From Paraphysomonas bandaiensis (taxonomy: Eukaryota; Protista; Chrysophyceae): 64,000 nt of DNA. The notes under the pieces were generated by a model. The model had not been told where the DNA came from and made no database searches. It saw only the letters and a program-made list of their open reading frames with translations. Location of the stretch: assembly GCA_965644295.1 (NCBI GenBank), contig CBFFRP010000280.1:124001-188000 (forward strand). The letters run 5' to 3'. A program made the translations under genes and the position numbers. Shown here one piece after another: positions 1 through 13,362 of the stretch; the stretch's first letter is position 1; each line of letters starts with the position of its first letter.

Positions 1-489
1 AGCCTACAGGAAGCGCCTCACTTCCACGGATGATGAAGTCAGATTTGAAGCTGCAAGAAGATTTGTTGAGTGGGAACTAAATATTAGCAAGGCAACCTTC
101 CATTTAATTAATTTGTAGGTTATATGCTTACTGAATATCTGTAGGTTCATGTGTGTGAAGAACGAATAAAGAAAACTCTCTCTAACGCACGGTCTTTTGC
201 ACCTTTTGCTTTATTCGAATGCGTATTTTTTGAACAAAAGGGATATCTTACCTCTCCAACCCAGTTACTTGATAACTGCTCTCGCATAGCACACATTCCC
301 TGCACCATTGTGCATGGAAGACAGGATATCGTATGCCGTCCCACCTGCGCATGGCAATTGCACAAAAGGCTTCCGCTAAGTACTGTGGAATTTATTCCGA
401 ACGCAGGGCACAGCGACAGCGAACCTGGCACTGAAGCTGCTCTTGTTAAAGCAACCGATGCTATGAAAGCTCTTGCTCAACGACAATAG
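1..489 (+). CDS. pip: Proline iminopeptidase (alpha/beta hydrolase, S33), 3' part; 5' end outside window
   Basis: Frame from base 2 reads AYRKRLTSTDDEVRFEAARRFVEWE. After a 92-144 intron it continues HIPCTIVHGRQDIVC (catalytic Asp) and IPNAGHSDSEPG (catalytic His), typical of the PIP C-terminus. Confidence 0.9.
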
Positions 490-1661
490 AAAACTCAATT
501 AAAACTGATGCGAATGGTATATCAACGGAATGTCATATACCAACCTTTAAAATATAGATGAATAATTGTAAAGTATAATCAAATGATTTCACAAAGTGAT
601 TGGGGAATTAACAATCTAGTTGTAGCAATTGTTCAATTACGACATACTGAAAACCTCTTCAATGAGTTTTATAAGATTGCACTTAGTTAGAACACATTAC
701 TCGTAGACAATTTCTGTACTACTGTTAGTAACGGGGTATATGTGCGTAGTAGCATATAATTTTAGAAGTTACGACTATGAATAGTTATACGATTGCGAAG
801 AATGTGTTTGCGAATTTCGTTGAACTATAGCACAATTCTACAGTATCAACGATTGATTTAAGCTAATATCTCAGTGACACGGTAACTAAAGTCATTTCAG
901 TTTGTAGGTCCTACTCACTACTTAACATTGGATTCAACACATATTCGTTTGATATTCCAAGATTATGGCATATGATAGCGATGCATGGATGTAATATAAT
1001 TTATTTTTATTTAATTACCATTCAAATCGAAAAGTAGCCTCGATCGTGCTCTTGTCATGATAAAAGGGTTAGATACAGTCACATAAAAGTGGTCGGGCAT
1101 ATGTAAACTAGTTTACACTATGCCCCAGTGTTCTTTATGACATCAACCCATACTCCAAAGAGGTTTGCTATGGTCATGATGGCATCACCAGAAAAGATTA
1201 GAGTGACTCTCTGCAAATGAGGCCCCACCATCACTGCAAAGTAGAGATTCCTGTGCACGACTAAACACTATAACGCAGTTTCCCATCCATGCTTGATGAT
1301 TAGTTACAGACTGCATGAATATCTACAGATGATATGGAAGTATTGGTTGTCCTTGTATATGATTCCTAGCTACACGATCATAGATAGATACACTAGATAC
1401 ATGGGAATTTTAGAGGCAAAAATTAGTTTTATACAAAAAAACGGAATATTCAGTATAAATTCCCTGAAAGGGTGTGTTTTTAGTGGGTGTGTATTTCATG
1501 GTCAGTATTGGTGCACACATACAGCAGCAGGTACATGTACTGTACATATCCACATATCTGCTGTACATGTATGTGTATTATACCAGTGGGCTGTGGGCAC
1601 AGAGTGGTGCACAGCATAGAGCAACATCTATTAATAAATTTCACTACAAAGCATTCGAAAT

Positions 1662-2596
1662 ATGGTGTTCTTTGTTTGTGAAGGTTGCAATGAATCTTTG
1701 AAAAAGAATCAGGTTGACAAGCATGCCCAGAGATGCTCCTCATGCTACGCAGTGACTTGTGTGGACTGCAGCAAAACCTTTCACGGAGACGACTATGCTG
1801 CACATGTAACATGCATCTCTGAAGCAGAAAAGTATGAGAAGTCTGTTTACAAACCAAAGGTATTTTATATTATTGTAATGAGTGGTATTGAACTCAATGC
1901 TGACTACAGAAGGAGAAACTAAACCCTCAAGATCTTTGGGTCCAAGCACTTCAAAATGCTGCTAATAGCGCGCATACTGCACCTGAAAATATTAGACCTT
2001 ATATTTCTCATGTTGCCGAATCACCTAACGTGCCACGAAACAAGAATAAGTTCATAAATTTTGCAAGGAACAGTCTGAGGATCCATTCCACAGCTATACT
2101 TGAAAGTTTGTGGAGCTTTTTCGAGGGCTTTAAGAACCCACCGACCACAACACAACAAAAAAATTCCACTGATTCTACTAAGACGGATAACACGGTATCC
2201 TCAGAAAGCAAAGCCAGCAAAGAAGAAAAGGAAAGTAAGAAACCGGATGTTGAAGTGACAACACCGAAGACTGACGTTGAAGATGGAAAGAAAAAGAAAA
2301 AGTCTAAGAAGAATAAGTCAGCTGCTGTTGAAGCTGAAGCAGAAAATGCTGTCAATGCGAGTGATGTGTCCAAAAAGAAGAAAAAGAAAAAAACAGTGGA
2401 AGTTGGAGACAAAGATGCTGCTCCTGTAACCCCAGTATTAGATAGTGAAACACCAAAGAAAAAGTCAAAGAAACGTAAACAGAGCGAGGAAATTGAAGCG
2501 TCTAACTCACAGACTAACAATAGCGATACCAAGAACAGCGAATCTTTGGAACCTGCCAAGAAGAAAAAGAAGAGCAAGAAGAAGTTAGAGAAATAA
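1662..2596 (+). CDS. LYAR: Cell growth-regulating nucleolar protein LYAR (C2HC zinc fingers, Lys-rich tail)
   Basis: MVFFVCEGCNESLKKNQVDKH..C....TCVDCSKTF....YAAHVTCISEAEKY. GT-AG intron 1860-1909 joins in frame to KEKLNPQDLW...NVPRNKNKFINF and a poly-Lys C-terminus. Confidence 0.92.
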
Positions 2597-2976
2597 TTCT
2601 AGAGAAAGGATAGCCTGTAGATTGCAGTTGTAATGTTGTAATAACAATGGAAGCATTGTTTGAGATTATCGTGTTGGCTAAATTAAATGGACTAGCATAG
2701 TCTTTACTATAGTGCTCTGTTTTCAAATATTGCAGGTGATTGAAAGTGTTAGTTATTGACGTACCGTCACCTCGTCACGTTCTTGTCATGTAAGTTACAG
2801 CAGTAGCAGTACGATTTACGATTACCGATTACAGGTACTACATATCTACATGTCCGAAACAAGCCTTCAATCGCGAATAATGTCACTCTTTGACTCTATG
2901 ACACTTTGGTTGTTTTTCGTCTGCCCTACACGATACACACTTCTCAATATTGTTTGTTATATGTTATAGGTATAGA

Positions 2977-3387
2977 GCATGTCATCATAGATAATATAGA
3001 GAAAAAATACTGGACAGTTGACATTAACGTGGAATATATTAAGTGCTTTAGAAACAACAGTATTCCCTATAAACTAGCTATACACTGTCGAATCGCCAAC
3101 ACCTTCTCTTCGTTACGCATAACAGAATTATATAAGATTATAACTGTAATACGTAATACATACCGCTACATGAATATATCAATCCATGTGTTTGTGTAAG
3201 TTGTTTGGTGTAAACTTTCGTGTGCATGTCATCATAGATAATATAGAGAAAAAATACTGGACAGTTGACATTAACGTGGAATAGATTAAGTGCTTTAGAA
3301 ACAACAGTATTCCCTATAAACTAGCTATACACTGCCGAATCGCCAACACCTTCTCTTCGTTACGCATAACAGAACTATATAAGATTA
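2977..3387. repeat. Direct duplication (~164 bp: 2977-3140 and 3224-3387) of the NACA stop codon and 3' UTR
   Basis: Two near-identical copies of gcatgtcatcatagataatatagag...tatataagatta, 247 bp apart, with a few substitutions. Confidence 0.95.
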
Positions 3388-4044
3388 TGACATGGTCAGT
3401 TCCATGATAGCATTGACAATATCGCTGTCATTGTTCTTGAGAGCCGTAATAGCTTTACTACGGGAGCATCCGATCTGTGCAATGACGAGGTCAATGTCCT
3501 TGGGGTCGACACCCTCCTCACTGACTTCTCCCTCCTCTTCAGCAGCTTCAGCGACAGGAGCGGCAGCGGGTGCGGCAGCCTCAGGAGCCTTGAACTGCTC
3601 CGCAGCCCTGGCATTAGCAGCGGCAGAAAGGTCCTCAACCTTGGCCTCTCCAAAGATAACATAAGTCTCGCTAGTGGGGGACTTGAACACATCCGGCTGA
3701 GCGATGACAAAGAGGATAGTCTTAGACTTCTTGATGGTAACTCTCTGGATGCCAGGGACAGGGCGGAGGCCGAGCTTCTGCATGGCCTTTCTGGACTTCT
3801 TCTCCCCACGGGAGTGCTTCACACCAGCATCACCCTTTACATAGCATACTGTCAAGGCACGCCCACCACATTCTGTCACCTTACCTCAGCACCGGCGTTG
3901 TCACCAGTCTCAGCACCAACCAAATTCGGCACCTCGTCATCGGAGTCATCCTGCAGCCAGAATTATTTGACATATACACGCCATAGAACGTATGCTTACC
4001 GAGCCAACCTCCTCAACTCTAGGATCGTTTTCAAATTCGGTCAT
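3385..4044 (-). CDS. NACA: Nascent polypeptide-associated complex alpha subunit
   Basis: Exons 4044-4000 ([15 protein letters not shown]), 3950-3885 ([10 protein letters not shown]) and 3834-3385 ([16 protein letters not shown]...[38 protein letters not shown]; UBA tail [10 protein letters not shown]). Introns are GT-AG. Confidence 0.97.
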
Positions 4045-4659
4045 TATTTATATCTAAACAAGATGCAGTGCAAATGTGAGATATCTGAAATGAATAACAA
4101 TCTATAGATTTATACCAGGAAGACTTTAGTCACACTGCCTCTATTCCACGCTGTGATATGGTAAATTAAGTGTATGTAGTAGCATGTTACTTCCATCCAA
4201 TTTCAGCCCTCATCTATGCCTGTATTCTCTGCAACTCACACACACCACAGTGCCACATATATTGTATCTTTAAAAGACATTTTCAGTTTGTTGAATGGAG
4301 GTGAAGATGAATTAATACGTTACGGTATTCCGGTATTCTTGTCTTGCTGAGTTTGATTGTGTTGTAGCTACCGTATTAAATACCTGATTTTAAGGAAATT
4401 AAAACTACCTGATTGTGATAAAAAGTCTTAAATTTGAAATATGCCCTCCAGAATTCCCCAATTTTCTCGTAATATTTACCCTGTGGGTGTGAATATGCTA
4501 TTTACAAAGTACGATAGTTGTGTATCTACAGGACGGATCCATACAGCAGCAGGCAGATGTAGATGTAGATGGAGTGGGTGGGATCGTATATATACAGAGT
4601 AGAGTGACAGCCAGTTAGTTGCTGTAATGGAATGAAATCTCAAAGTTGCCGTCCCTAAC

Positions 4660-6155
4660 ATGACATCATCTATGTTCCATCTCATTCTACTGTCACTATT
4701 AGTGCGATACAGTGTAGCGTATACACTCCTCATGAACTGTACGAGTGAAGGCCTCACAGGCACTAACTGCATAAACTATATGCGTAACTACCTTCAAACA
4801 TATGTATTCGATAACCGCACATATAACCCACAGTCTCTACCAGTTGTTAACCCATACTGGCATGAGATGCCCCCTCCTCCAGGAACTGATACAGATCATG
4901 TATCTGTTGACTGTACTGTGACTTTCAATCACCTCATATCTGTAGATATTGTAGAGGGAACGATGTCGGCGTCTGTCTTTTTAGACATGTACTGGACAGA
5001 CGATCTAATTAGTTGGGATTCCAAATGGACAGATGGTGTAGATTTCATGGATATTAGTTCACATCTGCTGTGGATGCCTGATGTACAACTTTATAACGTT
5101 GTAGGATCATTCAGTAACCAAATGGCAAAGCCTGCAGTCTTTCTTTCCAGTAATGGAAATGTTTGGTGGTCAGGGAAAGGAATGATTACATTCGCTTGTA
5201 GTTATGATACTACCGATTTCCCCTTTGACCAGCAAAGATGTTCTGCTCGATTTGCATCGTGGATATATGCTGAGTATCAGATGGATATAAGGAATGTTAC
5301 TGTTACAGTGGATGACGACTTTAAGATATTAGCTTGGGATGTCAGTGAGGTTACTGGAAATAGAGAAGTGTCTAGACAGTGGGATGTGTATGACTTTTCG
5401 TTTGCGGTATACACCATCACTATCGACCGTTATGGAACGCATTACGTCTACACCGCGATTCTTCCTTCCCTCGTGGTAACTTATATTACATTATTGGCGT
5501 TGTGGATCAATGAGGTGACTAGTCGCTTGGCTTTAGCAGTAACGGGTCTACTTACTATAATTGCCGTACAGGTATGGCTAGAACTGTATGTTGGTATGTC
5601 GGATCTCATCTGATATTGCAGTGGACAATATCCGATGAACTACCAGTTTCGGGAAGTACAACTTGGTTGGGGCGTTTCTCAAACCTATGTATGGTATTTG
5701 TTGCTCTTGTGTGCGCAGAATGTTATGTAGCTGGGTACATGGTTACCAAGAAACAAGAGAGAAATGTGCCAAAATGGGTGCGATGTTTAATTCAATTGAG
5801 TGTGTTGCACCGAGTTTTTCTATTTGGCACAAGACCCCAAAACGAAAATGTAGAAGGAATAAATAGTTCCAATATAGAGATACCGAACCTACGAACCAAT
5901 TCTTCACGAGATGCAGCGCCGAAGGAAGGTGAGGAACCGTCGCCTCTGCACAACAATGAGAAAACCGACACGAGTTCCGATAGTTATACCCTTCCGCTAA
6001 GTGCTCATAGCTCTTTTAGTCCACCAACGATAGATGAAAACACTATCACTTGGGAGAGAGGTAGAAGAGCTCTTGATCGAATTTGTCGCATTGTGTTTCC
6101 TGTGACATACACAATTACTCTATTTTCCCTTTTTGCGGAATTGTTTTTCAATTAG
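4660..6155 (+). CDS. Pentameric ligand-gated ion channel subunit, Cys-loop/nicotinic-receptor-like
   Basis: Signal peptide, WTD, WMPDVQLYN, C-x13-C loop CSYDTTDFPFDQQRC, and FASWIY. M1 YTAILPSL, M2 RLALAVTGLLTIIAVQ|WTISDELP across intron 5572-5621, M3, and M4 ALDRICRIVFP. Confidence 0.92.
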
Positions 6156-7041
6156 TAGATGTTGTATCAAGTTTTTTTTAATGCAATGCTAGCGTGTAGT
6201 AAAGATTAAATCGATGCTGTTACTTACAAGCACTCGTAAAATATAAATGGCATTTGTATTTTCTCCAGCAGTTTATGTAGTGAAGTCATTTGTGAGGTGT
6301 TTTATTCTTTACTGACTTCATAGAAACAACCTCAGGGTGGTCACCATAGCAATGTAAAATTCATTTTTTCGACAATTCATATCGAGCCATGTAGCTATAT
6401 ATCTATGTATGCAATATACACTGCAGCTACTTTATTCACTTTCCACACCTAGTTTCTAGTGTTCTTATAAATATCAATTCACTGTTTTAAATCTAGAATT
6501 GCCATGGTAGTTAATAACGATGAAAGGAATTGTCTTCTAAATCAACTGGGAACTGGGAGTTATATGTGTGCATCATTAACATAATCAGAACTAAATTTCA
6601 AACATGCGCTAAACACCAAAAATATGGAATTTAACTAAATCCAATAGGCTACAGACTAAGCATAAATAGAGTTCCCGTATCTGGAACTTTGTTGAGAGCT
6701 TGCGGCAGTAGGTTGTTCAGGATGAAAAATGTTAGCAGTACAATTCAGCAACTTAGGACATCGCATTTACTCACCACAACTTGTAATTTGTTATTTTTTA
6801 AGACATTGAGCTCATCTAAGGAAATGAATGAAGCATACATATGGTAGAGTCTACCTGCATGGTACAGAGACGATAACACAGAGTTGACGTCATTGCTACG
6901 AGTAAAAATTCAAAATTCAACGACAAAATAAGAACTAACTCCTATCACTACCAGAAAAATTGGTTAAGTTCAATTTTAATCTACGGTACTTAAACTACAT
7001 ACAAATCACTATACACTATACTCCATCCTAATGATGACTAA

Positions 7042-10000
7042 TTATGATAGTAAGAGAGCGCACAATAACGGAACTTTCTCAAATATACGACCTGCGGATA
7101 TAGCTCCAATAGAGTGCTTCACGGCCATCGCAACCACTTCGGCACCCTGAACAAAACTTTGTTCACAGTCAGTTGCCGAATCACAACCCAGTAGATCACA
7201 CAACTCTGACTGTGAATCTATCAAGCAATTTTGTAGAATTTCCGCAATAGAATTCACAACTTGACTCTCAACTTCGTTACCCTTATCTACTAGCAAATCA
7301 AGGGTCCTCCACTGATGCTCCAATAATAGCAACCATAACAAAGATATTGATCGGGTTAAGTGACGTAAATGGCTCTCAATTCCTTGTGACACGACCGCAA
7401 GCGCTAAATCACTGCCAAGGTTTTGTACAGAATTCTCTACTTCCAAAATCACAAATGCATGGACTAGACGCCGCAGCATAGTGGAGACTAGATCAATCCA
7501 GCACACCAAAGCGGTATCCGACTCAGCGCCAGCTACTTTCGCAAGACATATTTCTCTATTATCAAATGATAATTTCTGATTGTGTACAACATCTTGCGCT
7601 CTGTCTATTGTGACCAGACTCAAACTACATTTCATCAAAGCCTCCACAGTATCCAAAGCTCCTTTAAAATAACAATACTGAGTGCACACTTTCGCGGTAT
7701 GATATGCACCCAAAGCGTGTAAGCATTCATCACTCAATACTTCAGCAACTATCTGCATAACGTAGCAGTAATTACCGACACTCAGTGTCTCAGACGTTGC
7801 TCGTTTCTCTACTCGCCCCTCGTCAGGTGCAGTGTCATTGCCACTACTTTCTGATAGTCTGTTGCTATCTATGACGCCATCCTCATCATTTCCACTCTCG
7901 GGCGTAGCTGTATCAATTAAACCAGAATAAACTGACCGAGAATCGATAATAGATACATCAGAATCCAGAGTGGTTCGAGTTCCCGAAGAACCACTCTCAA
8001 TAGAAGACATACGGCTTAACGTTGTAACCATGTAGTTTGAATACAGGTGAAGAGAAACCTCTAAAAGTGCATGAACTGTTGCGCTGGAAGCAGGAATATG
8101 AGAGTCGAATACGATGCCAGCATAGTATACGACCAAGTGAAATTTGGATATGGTACTTAGCGACGACAGATAGCGTTCAGTGCTCTGAATTTCATCCATA
8201 GAAATGCATTGACTTCCACCACTCACGTCCAATATTGCGGTTCGAATGTTCCACGGCTGTATATACGGGAACAAGTTGCAGCATAAAGTAACACATTGAA
8301 ATTCACTGGCACGGCAAATAGCAGTAAGGTTTGCAAGAAAAACGTTCAGGACATTAGGAATTTTGTTCTCCAATACAAAGCTTTGAAAGAGCAGCGAAGC
8401 ATCAGCACTAACAGGCGTATTTTTATTAGACACAGATGAACCACCTTCAACAGCGGAAGACAAAAACGGATTCCGACATCTGAGAACGGCGGGGGCCCTA
8501 CAAGCCAGATCAGTACACTTTGACAGAGGCCCGGAAAATTGGCGAACGCAACATACAATGGCATACACATCAAGGTCAACGTAATTAGCATAAGACTCGA
8601 AAAAGGTGGACACATCAGTGATATCCCACTGGGTTATTGAGCATGATGACAACTGCTGTGCAGGAACAGATATATCGATCGAAAACTGCTTGAATGTATT
8701 TGGAAGGACGTAAAAGTGGCCGCAAAGTCCTGCCTTTATATTACGCCGGCCATTGCATTTTACAATATATGGTAGCACTGTGTGTATGAGAAAGAATACA
8801 GTCACTAGACATGTGACACAGGTTGTGTGCAGTCGAAAAGCATTATCTCCGCTCGAAGCATCAGAACTGAGATGCTTGGTATTGAGCCTGGCTACTCCTT
8901 GTAACTTTTCCCGATTTGCTGGTGATGCTGGAAGCAGCGGTGTGAACGACGTCATCCACACTTTTAACAGCTCGTCTACACCGCTTATAGGATCAATAGT
9001 AGGACATTCAACAAATGATTCTTGTACTAATTTAAATACAATTGCTGTGTACTCTACCTCTGGTAGGTATGAAGCGATAGAAGAATACCCATCTTTGGGT
9101 GATTTAATACCGGCTGGAGATGTCGTCTTGCAGTGCTTGGTACGTAACGACGAAGGTACCGGTGATAAAGACTGTGACTTTCTGTTCATCATTGTCACTC
9201 GAATAGCTTTAGACAGACCTCGAACCTTCCAGTCTCGGTCTGATATCATAAGAACGTCGTTTTCACTGTCATTAGATTTTTTTTGTTCGGACCCGCGAAA
9301 ATTGGCTAGTTTTCGAGTGTTTTCACTTCGTTGTGGTGGCGTACTGATTATATCTAACTTCGACTTCGATGAAACGTCCAATTCGAACTGTACAGTGTCG
9401 GACAAATCATATATTCTGTCCTCACCGTGTGACGAAGGGTCGCTCATTTCCTCATCTTCACTGTTTAAATCATTATCAGGCGGTAAACTCTTGTCGTTAT
9501 TTAACAAATTCAGCCACCTATGCCAACTCAATGACCCTCGGCTCCGCATAAGCGACGAATTTACTGAACTACGAAGTTTCGACTTCAATGTTTTTGATTC
9601 GATTGCATACATATTGAGGACACACCCATCAGTAAAGTCCTCTAGGTAACCAATGCACCGAGAGTGCTGCCTGTTGCCGTGTAAAGCAGCCACAAAAGAA
9701 TCTTTCTGGAGAATAGCCTCCTCTGCCCGTGATTCGCCCATAAGTATTCGAGCCATAAGTTTCTTGTATCTACAATGCGGAGCACCATAGAGATTCCACA
9801 CTTCCTCAGCCACTACTTCCACATTCTTATCCGCATCCACTGGGGCGGTCACACAGTTGCCGACGCAGCACCGTGGGTACATGTGTCTTCACAAGGCAGC
9901 AACATATTATTCGAATTGTACATAAATATTAGAAATTACCTCTGTTTTATACATTCCACTATAACCTCAGGTTCACTCAACAAGAGTCTCGTCCCTCCGA

Positions 10001-13000
10001 CTGATGTTCGCCATGCATAGTTGTCGATATTTCCACTGAGAAGAGCTGAAGCAATATCTAGCATTCCAAACTCGTCGTTTGCGAATTGTAAGTGCTTCGA
10101 TTCCTCATCCATACGCTTGAGAACGTTACTCGTCATTCCAGTCGCAAATAAATCGAACAACGGATTGTTCTTACTGTCCCCATCTTCGGACCCACTACCA
10201 CCATCTTCTTCATCGCATTCCAGCAAGTCATCATCGTTGACTGAATTTCGCCTGCTTCCTACGGTACCACCACTGTCCCGCCATATATGGTCAACTGACA
10301 TAACAAGTGGAGAAGCGCGAATAGGACCACATATAGCATCTCCATACTGAAATGTAAGGACAACATCCTGAAAAAAGGGAAATAAGAAAAAGTAAAATAC
10401 CAGTGGGTCAACCAACCTCGTCACACGGGCGCAGAAAACTCTTCAATATCTCTAGCGCTTCATCTGAAGTCATTCCGATTATTTTGTGTCCATTTATCGC
10501 TATCAACACGTCTCCAATTTCTATCATCCCGCATTGCTTAGCAGGATTCGGGACACCGTAAGGCATTCTGTTAAATGCTTGCACGACGAGACAGTGGTTT
10601 CGTTCTATGCGGAGATTCAACCCGAGTCCATTCTCTCCACACGAAAGAGTGACGCTATAAGTGTTTCGTTCTGGAATGATATCTGGCGTGTCTTCGAGTT
10701 CTGGAGACATCTCAATTATCACAGCCGTTCTTCGGTGTTGCTGCTCCGAAACTGGGCACACTCTCCGAGATCTAATTCTGTTTCGGATTTGACTTAAATC
10801 AGTACCTTCCTCGGCGTCAAGCCATTTATCTGCCCACACTCCATCGGTATTGCGTAGCCATTCTGGGTCTGCATAATCCACATCATCCTCCAACATAACA
10901 TCGCCCTCCTCACAGTCAGATACAGGGCCCCCGTCACACGTTGAGGATAACACGGCCGGAAATGACTCACTATTACTCCTGCACCTTTCTTGTACTATAT
11001 CACCTGCACTACTAATTACATCACTATTCATTCTACTATCACTGGCTGTGGTATCACTACTCCCAACAGGTACTAACTTTGACATATGCAAGTCCGCTTC
11101 CACACCCACAATCTCACCCACTAGGACATCGCTTCTTCCTTTCTCCTCATGAAATCCCGACTCGCTGCCACTTGGCTCTGGGTCACGCGACCCCATGTCA
11201 ACCAGGCATGAGTCACTTCCAAACTGCCGACGGAACAGTCCTGGGGAAGGGGAGCTGACGCTCAGACTTCGCGACCTCACACGGGACGGAATAATCGATG
11301 GGTGTGATTTTTCAAACTCAGACATCATATCTTCTGTTTGATTTATCAAAATAGACACTGTTGCCAGTACTTCAGCGACAGAGGTCTCATTATCTTTGCT
11401 ACTTTGAAATGATCGAGTTCGGCTCAATAATCTGCTGCGAGTCAACTCGTCGTCATCACCAAACACCTTGTTCGGTTGCACCAGTCTCGCACTTTCATCA
11501 TAGCATTGGCGGTCGATAGTATTAAGCAAAATAGCCGACATACTGAGCATATGTTCAGCATCCACCAGAGCCCGTTCATTTTCTCTGATCACCACCTTAA
11601 TTTCGTTGTCATTGTTTTCCGCTTCTGATACATTTGTGCCGCAATGATAACCGCCCCCGCCGACGGCAGCCAAACTTTCTTCTAGTTTCTTCCTTGCTCT
11701 ATCTCCACATCTCGCATCTGATAAGGCTTCCGTCAAGTCCAAAAGACGAAGGAAGTCGTTGTAAAACTGTCGCTTCGATAGCTCCTCGATATCAAAATGA
11801 TCACTAACAAAGATTAACTTATCTACGTCAGAAAGCATGCTCTTGGTTGTGCATACACCATTCATGTCGTGGGGCGCAAAAGATACAATTACATCATCCA
11901 CGTCAAGGTGTTCAGGATTGCTGAATTTTCGAACAGGAGATGTAGGTGCATGCAACACCGGGCTATCTTTATCCATCATTGGAGTGTTCAGGTCAAGACT
12001 AAGGTGCTCTAATTCTGTATCAGTTTCGAGTAAACAACTTTGAAGACTGCTTTCAATCTTATCTATGCGCTGACCCGCAGGGATGTGTTTCAAGGTGTCA
12101 CGTCGAAGCTCATTTCGTTTCTTCCTGCTACTTCGCCATTTTTGCTGCAATATACGAACACTAGACACTAAATTACAGTCAAATATTCGAAAAGGAAGAG
12201 AGAGAGCCATTGCGTTTAACAAAGTTAAGTGGTCTACCATTAGGCCACTCTGACCATGCAAAACCAGCACAGACTGCTTGTATACAGCCACAGCATGAAC
12301 ACTGTGAAATATAGGTAATATTTGATAAGTGTAAGATTCCGTATCAATAACTCCTATTCGTGCATCAGACGTCAGCCCAAGAAGTCCCAGGACAGATCCG
12401 TCGCCAGCACGCAATGGATAGAGACGGCTAAAGGAAGGTGGTACCTTGGAGTTCCCGCAAGCTGAACAGAGCGTGTGTGAGTACGACTTATTCTCCTGCA
12501 AATTACACTGAACTACTTTGCCACCATGCAACGAAAGAAGAATATAATATGGGTTAGGAATAGAGGGCATCGTATCACTAATAGGCAAACGTAATGTAGA
12601 AGGGTAAGTGGCAATAAAGCAGCCATGAATGATATTAGAAGAACCACCTTCAGGGGACGTACGGTCTAAAAAGCCATTTATATTCAGCACTTTCGCTTGA
12701 TTAGACCCCGACCGCATTATACGAAACTGTAATATGCGGTTATCTTGGCAACATACGAGAAGAATGTCTCCAAAAATTTTACTTGCCACACTAAAATGGT
12801 AAGTTATCGTTCCTATTCCACCACCGCAATCACCAACGAATGCTGTACTTGAGCCACCAAACAGCGACGCAGCAAACGCTAATACATCCAACGAAGCTCC
12901 AACAGATAGATTTAATTCTACTAGACGACCCTTTGCACAACCAGAAAACAATTTGCGGGAATCTACGGACCAGCACAGAGCTGTGACAGGGAAGCCTCTG

Positions 13001-13362
13001 TGCTCATGATGCTGATTGATAATTTGAAGACGCTCAAAATTATTCAGCTCAAATACTAAAACTGTTCCTGATACCAATCCGACAGCAATATATCTGAAAC
13101 AAGGACTGAACTTGAGTTGAAAGACTTTAACGTGAAGGCTTCTATCGTTAGCTGGAGGACTCACTTTTCTTTCCATAACAGACTTCAGTCTATCCTCCAC
13201 TTCATATATGCGATAAAACAAGATCGAACCAACTCCTGTTCCAACCGCCACGATGTGGTTAGCTGTGTCCATGCAGCTAGGCTCATCTGTGGGGTGATTT
13301 GGATAAGGTGTATGTGTATTGACCGGTAAAGGGGAAAACACTATACTACCACGATGCAACAT
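7042..13362 (-). CDS. Large HPS5/TECPR2-like WD40 protein with central PDZ domain and helical C-terminus (3 exons: ORFs 10408-13362, 9936-10424, 7042-9882)
   Basis: N-terminal WD40-like motifs (FSPCFRYIAVGLVSGTVLVF; HRGFPVTALCWSVDSRKLFSGCAKG). PDZ signature GENGLGLNL...AKQCGMIEIGDVLIAING. C-terminal LFPYIQPWNI motif resembles HPS5. Short GT-AG introns link the ORFs. Confidence 0.7.

Noticed and set aside
1140-1290. Minus-strand SDGGASF resembling an integrase core motif
   Set aside because: A single short motif with stops nearby; insufficient evidence.
8753-9649. 298-aa plus-strand ORF
   Set aside because: Antisense shadow of the 7042-9882 exon with no recognisable motifs. The same applies to many other short antisense ORFs.
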